A stretch of 32,000 nt of DNA. Source: Candidatus Iainarchaeum sp. (GTDB taxonomy: Archaea; Iainarchaeota; Iainarchaeia; Iainarchaeales; CSSED10-239). Location of the stretch: positions 1 through 32,000 of the forward strand of contig JAQVTI010000011.1 of assembly GCA_028700115.1 (NCBI GenBank), given 5' to 3'. The notes under the pieces were generated by a model. It was not told where the DNA came from and did no database searches. It saw nothing but the letters and a program-made list of their open reading frames with translations. The translations under genes were made by a program, and so were the position numbers. This document shows, one piece after another, positions 17,301 to 25,390 of this stretch. Each line of letters opens with the position of its first letter. The first letter of the stretch is position 1.

Positions 17301-19296
17301 TAAAATCAGTTGCTTTTACTTGTTTCATTATTCCAGATTTATCTTGATATCCTATATAAATATTAGGGTTATTTGTATATTTGGAAAGATCTATTCTTTC
17401 TAAATATTCTCCCTTTGCCATATTAATTTCTTCTCTATAAACTGGTATTTTTTGTATTTTTCTAGTAACTCCATCAGAAAAAGTTACATCTACAGTTTCA
17501 GTTTTAACTGTTTTTGCACCCATTTCATACATACCTTTATCAGAATTATATTTAATTTCAAAAGCCTTATTTCCTCCACCAATATCTGTTATCTGTGAAG
17601 AGCTTGCTCCTGTTGTTGGTTGAACTTTGTTTGTCATAACAAGTTCTGTTTTTCCTGTAGTTGGATCTTTATAAAGTGTTTTTCTAGAAGTAATTATTGG
17701 ATTTTCATTTAAAGGTTTATCCCATTTAACAGCACTTTCTGTTAAATCATCAATTCTATTTGTTAAGTTTCTAACTTCTGTTGTTTGTTTCATTATAATA
17801 TCATAATCTGCACTTGAAAGATTTTTATAAATATCTCCTGCTTTAGAGTTTGGGTCTTCAATAATTTCTACTAATTTTTTTACAGCAGTATCATAATCTT
17901 TATTTTTTATTAAAGACTCTTGTATTGCTTGAGTCATTTTTAAATTATCTTGATATTTTTGTGCACTTTCAAATAAAACTCTTCTTTGTTGTTTTGTAAG
18001 TTTATCAAATTTTCCACCTTTTGAAAATTCTTTTGCAATTGTGTCTATATTTTTCTTTGAACTTAAAGCATTTGTATATGCTTTATATTCATCATATATA
18101 CCATATTGATCAACAACTTGTCTTATTTCTTTTTGAGTTGTTTTTAAATAACTTGTATAATTATCAATATTTTTTGAAGCATTTTTAAACTCAATTGATC
18201 TAGTTAAAGCCTTTAGAGGGTTGTCTCCTTCTGAAAGCATATTGTCAATAAATCCACCTTTTTTTGCATTTATCTTTTTAGAAATATCAAAACCTAATCT
18301 ATTTTTAGAAAAATTTCCAATATCCCCAAAAATCTTAGTTGCACCTTTCCATAAGAAAGGAGATGCTGAAGAAACAACTAAGTCTGCAGAGAAATATTGA
18401 TTAAACATTTTATCAAATAAAGAATAAACATTAATATAACAATTTTCACCTTGACAAGTAGTTTCCATACTTGCATTAAATGTTTGTGTTTTTATACTAT
18501 TTTCAATTGCATTTTCTAAAAGAACTTGAGATTTTTTCATTTCAAACTCAGTTGCATTTTCATCAAATTGAATACTTTTAATATATTCTAATTGTTCATA
18601 TGACATTTCAGAAAATATACCCATATCTTCACTAATTTCAAAATCTGCTTCTGGGTTTATTATATCTCCTGCTTCTTCTTTAATCTTATTAATACCTATC
18701 ATATCAAGCATATCTTTTCCAACAGATACAAATTCATCTTTAAAACCATTATTACCATTTTCTCTAAAAAGACCAACTTCTTCTAAATAACAAGGTTCAT
18801 TTTCATCTCCACTACATCTTCCAACTCTTAGAGTGTTTTCTAAATTTATACCATATGAAAAAGGGCCATAACATGCTTGACCTAAAAGTGCAGGCACTTC
18901 TAGAGGGTTAATTTCTTGATTTGGCATTTCTTGTTGCAGCACAACATCATTTGCCTTTGTGTCTTTATTTGTAAGTAATAAATCATTTTCTTCTAAAGTA
19001 TCTCTGTTTGTGTTTTCTTTTTGATCAGAACCAACTAAGTCTACTTTAAATCCAGAAACTAAAAGTTCATCCCATAATCTTTCTACACTTTCAGAATCTA
19101 GTTCTTGAGTAAAACACCCAGATCCAAAATCATCAATATTATTTATTTCTTCTAGATTAATAGAACAAGTTGAGTATAAAGTTTTATTTTCTTCTAATCT
19201 TGTTATATCTACATTAAATGCAAAAACTGAGTTTATAAACATTAAAAGAAAGAAAAAACTTATTAAATTAAAATATATTTTATTTTTATCAAGCAT
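14305..19296 (-). CDS. Very large (1663 aa) secreted/membrane-anchored protein of unknown function
   Basis: N-terminal signal peptide (NLISFFFLLMFINSVFAF), many cysteines, C-terminal TM anchor 'LMLILYIFIIIGAFYIIQKKESYFKK'. Confidence 0.85.
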   Translation of the reverse strand: MLDKNKIYFNLISFFFLLMFINSVFAFNVDITRLEENKTLYSTCSINLEEINNIDDFGSGCFTQELDSESVERLWDELLVSGFKVDLVGSDQKENTNRDTLEENDLLLTNKDTKANDVVLQQEMPNQEINPLEVPALLGQACYGPFSYGINLENTLRVGRCSGDENEPCYLEEVGLFRENGNNGFKDEFVSVGKDMLDMIGINKIKEEAGDIINPEADFEISEDMGIFSEMSYEQLEYIKSIQFDENATEFEMKKSQVLLENAIENSIKTQTFNASMETTCQGENCYINVYSLFDKMFNQYFSADLVVSSASPFLWKGATKIFGDIGNFSKNRLGFDISKKINAKKGGFIDNMLSEGDNPLKALTRSIEFKNASKNIDNYTSYLKTTQKEIRQVVDQYGIYDEYKAYTNALSSKKNIDTIAKEFSKGGKFDKLTKQQRRVLFESAQKYQDNLKMTQAIQESLIKNKDYDTAVKKLVEIIEDPNSKAGDIYKNLSSADYDIIMKQTTEVRNLTNRIDDLTESAVKWDKPLNENPIITSRKTLYKDPTTGKTELVMTNKVQPTTGASSSQITDIGGGNKAFEIKYNSDKGMYEMGAKTVKTETVDVTFSDGVTRKIQKIPVYREEINMAKGEYLERIDLSKYTNNPNIYIGYQDKSGIMKQVKATDFKLDDVDPSFANFKWYPVKETPLDAKDFGYDPIELAYSYVADGTKMVKDASIVNTSMMDVMNNKGWVSGKGINWINQQMKAPVNGKHTNQAMSLLGNSLNAYALNWAYWEWKTAGASLPFIGDSLSKYSAYQIPETYTSVLINHGEDGDIYKDAYIDYFVNDGSDQGDLFSKYFNSMLFYLVSLTKLGIESVDSKFTNSVDDWIKQITEGHIRRSTVDEVALFTDAENYGCNDNCYVKLGNSSLLEKQTYEKSALKEKILETQKENLEETDISIEEVSSQEPIKDMQIIYSIPGGITVPTYLLENTTEENLEDEGKTLITFSHHTDYGGSISGETDDKTVVLTDAKNNGDTCSQRIDELELIGVPIGWTTKWTGKSYRAGMVSAITSNLAYYAISAPSHRMILGVILGDLIPQTLITPQVQDCVDDEEGYYTHVFVSKNEEERIEKDPKNKIGDAISNGASAIQKNISNMADGTTLKENLSEAAKEVENFAETKIKDNPIVQSRFETIGNTSASVKGMLYFFELGEKSTCRASAYNDKGVEHLTDTSTNETLVIDKDEGKIEIVTEDGTIKNIIDSEHKDWVRLTATNLGIPAKVIPHSLSYIPVPDTNVPLFTMDAYGNITIENVGFLDCFKLNYESQTGLTMQGNSLTDYLGSAKILTTTNITNPTTQYDIMPKTSENNIEIVAEGVPRRSAKGNAAKVTVYGGERFTKMYPIDNQDVRVGQNIAIQFERGQMIYNGETNSYILWVEQTYTMHQSEIEDLDTKVVNYNNEVTGCEEFALDFDVKGKKDSADAQNKADEMNDALEHVGPFQIFDTATKTFIFYTGDPPECEKRMKIIDKETGQIITDQAIDEIIETPDGMIIKTADGKEHNFEFSAEDGVPRLQYNDELETLLSAQGKNGSFWYDPSTGNWYTENGHLIPFNPDFKDGMMFQVGEDGKVVGTTSQNPMNINIGGNSGSESSGFNIPLSPQSNLMLILYIFIIIGAFYIIQKKESYFKK

Positions 19297-19316
19297 ATTT
19301 ATTACCTATTTAATTT

Positions 19317-19808
19317 TCATACAAAAATTATAAACAATATCATAGCGATTAATTTTGGAAAAATTATATTTATTATAATTAATATTAGACAAGCAATTGA
19401 AGTTGAAAATAATAATGGTAAAAAATTAATTTCTTTTTTAGACTTATTAAACTTATCATAAAATAAACTTATAATAAATGCAAATACTAGTAAAATACCT
19501 GCAATTAATATATTTGTTATAATTAATCTAAACAAATGTAATATTATAAAAAACAAACCTTCAAAGAAAGTATATTGAAAATCAATTGAAATTGTTGGAA
19601 TAAAATAAATTCCTAGAATTATTACTAATGAAACTAAATAAATAGTTACAAACATAGAAATTAAAAAACTTTTTTTCTTATTTATTTTTTTAAATAAAAA
19701 TTTAAATAAGTATACAAAAAGAATTATTGGTAAAGAAATTAATACACTAACTCCATATAGTTTTATAAAAAACCAAATATAATTAAATATTGTAGAAAGT
19801 ATATTCAT
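19317..19808 (-). CDS. Small polytopic membrane protein
   Basis: 163 aa with about four hydrophobic segments. Confidence 0.65.
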   Translation of the reverse strand: MNILSTIFNYIWFFIKLYGVSVLISLPIILFVYLFKFLFKKINKKKSFLISMFVTIYLVSLVIILGIYFIPTISIDFQYTFFEGLFFIILHLFRLIITNILIAGILLVFAFIISLFYDKFNKSKKEINFLPLLFSTSIACLILIIINIIFPKLIAMILFIIFV

Positions 19809-19948
19809 AGTTTATCTTTTTAATTTATATTTTCTTAAATTTAAAATATATATTTTGTGTAAAATATATTTATATATATAAATTGAAACATTTATAAGCA
19901 TTATTATCTAAATATATTTGTAATTTTTATTAAAATATATATATAGGT

Positions 19949-20701
19949 ATGGAATTTATGAATAAATCTGATATTATTAGAAGAGAGAGAAGACACTATA
20001 GAAGATATGTAAATGGAAATATAGTGTATGAACCAGCTCCTGTTGATGGGCATAAAGAAAGTACTTATGATAATAAGTTTAAAAATAATTATAAAATGAA
20101 AAAAGAAGAAGGAAGAATTACAAGTCTTGCTGAATTAGCTGATGAAAATATAAAAACAAAGTTTCCTAAAAAAGATCAAGTTATTGAAAAAACTTTACAT
20201 GAATTATCAGATATGATAAATCCTGATTCTTCAGAAATTGCAGATGCTTTATATAATCAATTTAAGAATACTGCATTAAATATTAAACAACAAGAAATAA
20301 AAAAAGCAATTGATAATAATAAACATTTTAGAGCAAGTAGTGATCAAAATAAAAATTTAGAAATAAAAGATATAAAAGCAGTTGTTGAAGATGTTTATGT
20401 TCAAGTTGAAAAAGAAGCAATCAAGAATAAGTCTATAGAAAAGGATAAAAGTGATGTAAAAGAAGCAATCACAAAAGAAATTTCTAAAGATAAAAATAAA
20501 TCTTTTAAAAAAGAAGAACCAAAAGAAGAAAAAACTTCTATAAGATCTAGAAAAAAATCTATAGAAAAAGAAGAAGTTAAAGAAATTAAACCTTCTAAGA
20601 AAAAAGAAAAAGTTTCTGGAAATGATCTTTTTGGTGATAATGATTTAGATTTAGATGATAATGATTTAGATTCTGATGATGATTTAGGACTTAAATTTTA
20701 A
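19949..20701 (+). CDS. Highly charged hypothetical protein, acidic C-terminal tail
   Basis: 250-aa ORF; Lys/Glu-rich region and 'GDNDLDLDDNDLDSDDDLGL' tail. Confidence 0.75.
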   Translation: MEFMNKSDIIRRERRHYRRYVNGNIVYEPAPVDGHKESTYDNKFKNNYKMKKEEGRITSLAELADENIKTKFPKKDQVIEKTLHELSDMINPDSSEIADALYNQFKNTALNIKQQEIKKAIDNNKHFRASSDQNKNLEIKDIKAVVEDVYVQVEKEAIKNKSIEKDKSDVKEAITKEISKDKNKSFKKEEPKEEKTSIRSRKKSIEKEEVKEIKPSKKKEKVSGNDLFGDNDLDLDDNDLDSDDDLGLKF

Positions 20702-20720
20702 TTTTATAAAAATTAAAAAA

Positions 20721-21506
20721 TTAATCATTATAAATTTTACAATTTAATTTTTCTAATTCTTTTTGAGCTATGCTTTTATTAGCTGGCCAAATTGCAAAAG
20801 TTGAAGTTATTTCTAATTCAGTTTCATCTCTACCTTCTTTTGCAGTAAAAGTTAAAGGAACAGAAGAAGCATGTATATCATTTGCTTTTGAAATAACTTC
20901 TCTTATATCATTATAATTTAAAGGATCGCATAAATAATATTTTGAAAGACCCATATTTATATCATTTAATTTATAGGTTTTATTAGAATCATTTTCTGAG
21001 TTTTCAAAATCAGTTATTTTTAACATAATATATTCAAATTTTTGATCATTTGTATTATATAAATAAAAAGTAAAATCATAACTAGGAAGAGGCATCATAA
21101 CTGATTTTATTGTGTGAAATAAATTATATTTTGCAATATCATCAGGATTTGACACATCTGGATTTGGAATATCTTCATCTATTGGATTAAACATATAATT
21201 TAAATCACCAGAACCTATATGTTTATCAGGATAAAAATCTGTTTTTACTGCTGTCATTAGATAATCAATTTCTTCACTTTCAAATATGTTTTTATTATAA
21301 TCTAAAGGAATTTCTGAATAAAATATAGTTTTTAAAGCAGAATTTGAATATTCTTTAAAATATAAATTATTTATTGCAAGATCTACTCTATCTCCATAGC
21401 TTGCTGAATATTTAAAAAGCATTACAGTTAGAACTATAATTATTGTTAAGAAAAATAAAGCATCTGTAATTGCAGCTTGTGCTTTTTGTCTTTTTAATTT
21501 ATTCAT
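20721..21506 (-). CDS. Type IV pilin-like protein (class III signal peptide)
   Basis: 'MNKLKRQKAQAAITDALFFLTIIIVLTVMLF'. Confidence 0.7.
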   Translation of the reverse strand: MNKLKRQKAQAAITDALFFLTIIIVLTVMLFKYSASYGDRVDLAINNLYFKEYSNSALKTIFYSEIPLDYNKNIFESEEIDYLMTAVKTDFYPDKHIGSGDLNYMFNPIDEDIPNPDVSNPDDIAKYNLFHTIKSVMMPLPSYDFTFYLYNTNDQKFEYIMLKITDFENSENDSNKTYKLNDINMGLSKYYLCDPLNYNDIREVISKANDIHASSVPLTFTAKEGRDETELEITSTFAIWPANKSIAQKELEKLNCKIYND

Positions 21507-21529
21507 ATTTTTTCAAAATTTATTTTTAT

Positions 21530-22087
21530 TTATTCCCATACAGCAACATATAGCCTTACAGGAACTGCATGATATTCTATTTGTAAATTAATAGGGTAAA
21601 CATAAACTAAGACTTTATGTTTTTCATCTTGGGTTTTTACTTTTGTTTTAAATTTATCTAAATTTTTAGAAGTATTTGGACAGTAAAATATATTTTGTTC
21701 TGAATTTGGATCATATATATTTTCATCTAGAACAATTATTTGTGTATTATCTTCATCATTTGTTAATAGAAATTCTAAATCTACCTCATTGTAATTATCT
21801 AAATCTTGGGGTAGGTCTATTAAAAAGGCAGTCCAGTTTCTGTTTGTGTTTACTTTATTACATATGTTTGTAAAATGATTATAATCTATTATAACTGGTT
21901 CTGATCTTAAAGTCATAGAAATATCTATTGCATCTTGATGTAAATCAAAGTTTTGAGTTTCTGTTTTATAATTATTATATGTGCTTAAAAATACTGAAAA
22001 AAAAATTAATAGACCTATGAATATAGGTATTAGACTTGGAAGATCATCCCCTATTGCACCAATATAACCTTTTTGTTTTTTTTTCAT
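21530..22087 (-). CDS. Type IV pilin-like/minor pilin protein
   Basis: Likely start at internal Met 'MKKKQKGYIGAIGDDLPSLIPIFIGLLIFFSVFL', which removes the overlap with the upstream gene. Confidence 0.65.
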   Translation of the reverse strand: MKKKQKGYIGAIGDDLPSLIPIFIGLLIFFSVFLSTYNNYKTETQNFDLHQDAIDISMTLRSEPVIIDYNHFTNICNKVNTNRNWTAFLIDLPQDLDNYNEVDLEFLLTNDEDNTQIIVLDENIYDPNSEQNIFYCPNTSKNLDKFKTKVKTQDEKHKVLVYVYPINLQIEYHAVPVRLYVAVWE

Positions 22088-22094
22088 ATTTAAT

Positions 22095-22763
22095 CTAACC
22101 ATTATTAGGTTCATTATATTCATTTATACAAATATCTACAGACTTACAACTTACATCTTCAAACATAGAATCATCGCAAACTATCTTTTTACATGTAAGA
22201 ATACCATTTTGTTTTGCACAAGGCAATATATAATAATTGTCTTGTCCTTCTATTTTATTTTTGATTAGAATAAGAGTAGAATCATTACTTTTTACTCTTA
22301 ATGTATCATATATTCCATAATCTTGTTTAGAACTCCAATTACTACTATTATCATATGGATGCTCTGCATTATAAAAGGTAAAATCTCCATTAAAATCTAT
22401 ATCATATGCACCATATATTTTATCTTGTTTTTGATTTAAAATAGATATGACTAGTTTTTTATTATAATTATTTTCTGGATTTTCTTTTTCAAGTTCCATA
22501 ATATTTAGGACATATGCTTTGTTAAATGTAGTAGTTGAGCTTTGTCCACTTTTAATTCTTGTTGGGATATCTATATATTTGATAGAGCAATAACTCTCAC
22601 TATCTGTAATTAATTTAATATCTCTACCTATATTATAAGCTAATTCATAACTTTGTCTAGTTTGTAGATTTGAATTTACTGTATTCATAAAAAAAAGAAT
22701 AATTGCAGCAATTGCTGTTGCAAATAAAAGCATATTAAGTTTTGATAAAGCAAATTCAAACAT
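22095..22763 (-). CDS. Minor pilin-like protein with N-terminal hydrophobic helix
   Basis: 'MFEFALSKLNMLLFATAIAAIILFFMNTV'; Cys-rich C terminus; in an array of similar genes. Confidence 0.6.
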   Translation of the reverse strand: MFEFALSKLNMLLFATAIAAIILFFMNTVNSNLQTRQSYELAYNIGRDIKLITDSESYCSIKYIDIPTRIKSGQSSTTTFNKAYVLNIMELEKENPENNYNKKLVISILNQKQDKIYGAYDIDFNGDFTFYNAEHPYDNSSNWSSKQDYGIYDTLRVKSNDSTLILIKNKIEGQDNYYILPCAKQNGILTCKKIVCDDSMFEDVSCKSVDICINEYNEPNNG

Positions 22764-22778
22764 TTTTTAATCACTAAT

Positions 22779-23393
22779 TTATTTTTTTCTTAAAAGACAA
22801 ATTTGTATATTACTTGAATTTGTATTTGTCTTTTTAAACATTCTATATTTTCCAGGAGGAAGACCTATTGGAGATCCATCAGATGAATCTTTTGGATTCC
22901 ATACTTGCCATAAATCTTCAGATATTTCATCTTCAGATAAGCATTCATCAGGAGTTGTTGCAAAATTTATAGTTGTTGGAAGATGTGTGCAGATTGGTTC
23001 AATTGGATATTTATAATCAAAAGTATCTTTATCTTCATAAGTATATTCTAATAATAAACAACTATCTCCCCCACCACAATAAGTTCCGCATTTTCCTTTA
23101 TCATCATATGCATTAAGTCTTACATATTCATATCTTTGATTAAAACACGCTTTTGTATCTAAAGATATATTTCTAATTACTAGATCTGAGCCTAAGACAA
23201 CATCTCTTAGAGAAGAATTAAAATTACTAAGTTCTTCTTTTTTATCTCCAAGGCATGTGCTTTGTTGTAAATTTTTAAGAGCATAAGTTCCTGCTAGAAT
23301 AACAAAACCCATAATTATGATTGCAACTAGAAGTTCAAAAGGAGCACCTATTTGTGCTTTTTGTTTATTATATTTTTTTTTAACAAATATCAT
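22779..23393 (-). CDS. Type IV pilin-like protein
   Basis: 'MIFVKKKYNKQKAQIGAPFELLVAIIIMGFVILAGTYAL' class III signal. Confidence 0.7.
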   Translation of the reverse strand: MIFVKKKYNKQKAQIGAPFELLVAIIIMGFVILAGTYALKNLQQSTCLGDKKEELSNFNSSLRDVVLGSDLVIRNISLDTKACFNQRYEYVRLNAYDDKGKCGTYCGGGDSCLLLEYTYEDKDTFDYKYPIEPICTHLPTTINFATTPDECLSEDEISEDLWQVWNPKDSSDGSPIGLPPGKYRMFKKTNTNSSNIQICLLRKK

Positions 23394-23480
23394 ATTATAA
23401 AGATAGTATAAAGTATTAAAAAAACTTTTGTTTTTATTTAGAAAAACAAGAAAAAGAAAATAGTTTAAAATAAACTATTT

Positions 23481-23678
23481 TTATTCAGAAGTTACTGTTT
23501 GGTTTGGAAGATTTGCTTTTTGAGAAGACGCTTTTACTGATTTATTAAACATAGGCTTAACTACTGCAATTAGAATAATTGCAATAATTGCAACAATTAT
23601 TATCATAAATATAGAATTTGACTCACCTTGAGCTTTTTCTTCATTTATGAATTTAATAAATTCTTTTTTTAATCTCAT
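23481..23678 (-). CDS. Short (65 aa) type IV pilin-like protein
   Basis: 'INEEKAQGESNSIFMIIIVAIIAIILIAVV'. Confidence 0.65.
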   Translation of the reverse strand: MRLKKEFIKFINEEKAQGESNSIFMIIIVAIIAIILIAVVKPMFNKSVKASSQKANLPNQTVTSE

Positions 23679-23707
23679 ATCTTCTCAAAAACCATTTTTA
23701 ATTAAAT

Positions 23708-24238
23708 CTATATTTTCTTAGGGAAAATTACACAAACTGTGGCATCTGTTTCTCCAAACTCTTCATATGTGTCTAATTCTACTAAATCATAATCATTAAT
23801 AATTTTAATTAGAGAGTTAGAACTATCTGCACATAAAATACCAAATTTAAATTTTGTATTTTCAGAACTTTTCATTTTTAAAGTCTTTCCAGTTGTATAT
23901 GTATCACTAGAACCAATTGCAAAGAAATTATCATTTCCTGCTATGTCAAAATATACTTGATTAGAATCAATTCCAGTTCCTGCAACTATTGAAGATGTTG
24001 AAACAAATTCAGTGTTTTTTGAAGAAACTTTTACTTCGTCTGTATAAGCTAAATTCCCATAATTAGAAACTTGTGTTTTTAGAGTTGTATTAATTGAATC
24101 AGTTACATCTCCACCAATATTTATGTTTTTTGTAATCATTGGAAGAAGTACTCCTAAAATTGCAAGAGCAACAACAGCTGCAATTAATAATTGAAATGTA
24201 GAAAAGGCTTGTCCTTTTTCTTTTAATTTATTAAACAT
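23708..24238 (-). CDS. Type IV pilin-like protein (candidate major pilin)
   Basis: 'MFNKLKEKGQAFSTFQLLIAAVVALAILGVLLP'; AGGAGG SD immediately upstream. Confidence 0.75.
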   Translation of the reverse strand: MFNKLKEKGQAFSTFQLLIAAVVALAILGVLLPMITKNINIGGDVTDSINTTLKTQVSNYGNLAYTDEVKVSSKNTEFVSTSSIVAGTGIDSNQVYFDIAGNDNFFAIGSSDTYTTGKTLKMKSSENTKFKFGILCADSSNSLIKIINDYDLVELDTYEEFGETDATVCVIFPKKI

Positions 24239-24348
24239 TTTTTTTCCTCCTAATAAAAAATTAAATAACTTTTTTTATTAAATATAATATATAACTAATA
24301 TTAAAGAAAATCAAAACTTATTTAAATATTTTTATTTTCTTCATTTTC

Positions 24349-24846
24349 TTAAATTATTAGATAAATGTAATTTATTGTGTAAGTAATTATACTTGGAATA
24401 ACTAACATAAATATGATGTCTCTTAATTTAATATGTGTATCTATTTCATTATATTCTATTATGTTTGAATTATATTTACTTTTAGAATATTTTATTTTTT
24501 TATTTAAAACTAATAAGTTCCAAAAAGTTCCAAATAAAACCGCATTAATTACCCAGACTAAGATAATTTTTGTAATTGGATTAACTATTTTATTTATTAA
24601 ATTCCAAGATATTAAAGTTATAAAAATACTTAAAAAACTAGAAAATAACATATAAAAAAACAATTTAAAATTTTTATTTGCAAAAAGATAGAGTCCTTTT
24701 GTAAAAAACATACTTATTATAAAAAATATTGTCATTAAAGCTATAATTATACCTATAACTAAAAGAATAATTGTACCAAACAAATAACCACAAACTAGAA
24801 TAATTATTGCAAATAAAAAATATTTTAATGTGTTTTTTAAATTCAT
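24349..24846 (-). CDS. Polytopic membrane protein in pilin cluster
   Basis: 165 aa, multiple hydrophobic segments, same strand as flanking pilus genes. Confidence 0.65.
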   Translation of the reverse strand: MNLKNTLKYFLFAIIILVCGYLFGTIILLVIGIIIALMTIFFIISMFFTKGLYLFANKNFKLFFYMLFSSFLSIFITLISWNLINKIVNPITKIILVWVINAVLFGTFWNLLVLNKKIKYSKSKYNSNIIEYNEIDTHIKLRDIIFMLVIPSIITYTINYIYLII

Positions 24847-24848
24847 AT

Positions 24849-25379
24849 TTAATTGCCTTCCTTATATATTTCATCAGGAGCATTTTTGTTTAGAAATAAA
24901 ACAATAAATTTTTCACAATCCTCTGTGTTTTTTTCTAATAAATTATAAATACTAGAAGGTTCATCTGAATTTGAGATATTACAATAAATAGTTACATCCA
25001 TATCTAAGTTTCTTTCAGTAATTTCATAAATTAATTCATTTGATTCTGCAATAGGTTCAATTCCTGGACCATTATCTATACCTATACATCCTTTTTCAAT
25101 ACCAGTTATTCCAGAAATCCATTCTTTTGAAATTGTGCCCTTTAATTTTAAATCTTCAATAATATATTTACTTTGTGTACTTATTCCAGGAGCTTTACTT
25201 GCAGAAATAATTCCTTCTTCTAATTTTTGTTGACTAATAATAATTGCTTTATTATTAATATTTCTAACCATTACTAAAATAATAGAAAGAATAGCAACAG
25301 TTATTACAAAAGCAATTAAAAGTCTAAAAGATTCTTCAGCTTGAGCTTTTTGTTTTTTTGTAAATAAATTAAAATCCAT
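24849..25379 (-). CDS. Type IV pilin-like protein
   Basis: 'MDFNLFTKKQKAQAEESFRLLIAFVITVAILSIILV'. Confidence 0.72.
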   Translation of the reverse strand: MDFNLFTKKQKAQAEESFRLLIAFVITVAILSIILVMVRNINNKAIIISQQKLEEGIISASKAPGISTQSKYIIEDLKLKGTISKEWISGITGIEKGCIGIDNGPGIEPIAESNELIYEITERNLDMDVTIYCNISNSDEPSSIYNLLEKNTEDCEKFIVLFLNKNAPDEIYKEGN

Positions 25380-25390
25380 ATTAATTAACC

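Noticed and set aside
17117-17347. 76-aa plus-strand ORF inside the giant gene
   Set aside because: Antisense shadow ORF without motif support.
21676-21873. 65-aa ORF antisense to a pilin-like gene
   Set aside because: Shadow ORF rich in Tyr/Leu with no supporting signals.
24413-24883. ORFs 24413..24655 (+) and 24674..24883 (-) overlapping the 24349..24846 membrane protein gene
   Set aside because: Alternative-frame translations of the same hydrophobic gene. The longer ORF fits the tightly packed operon better.
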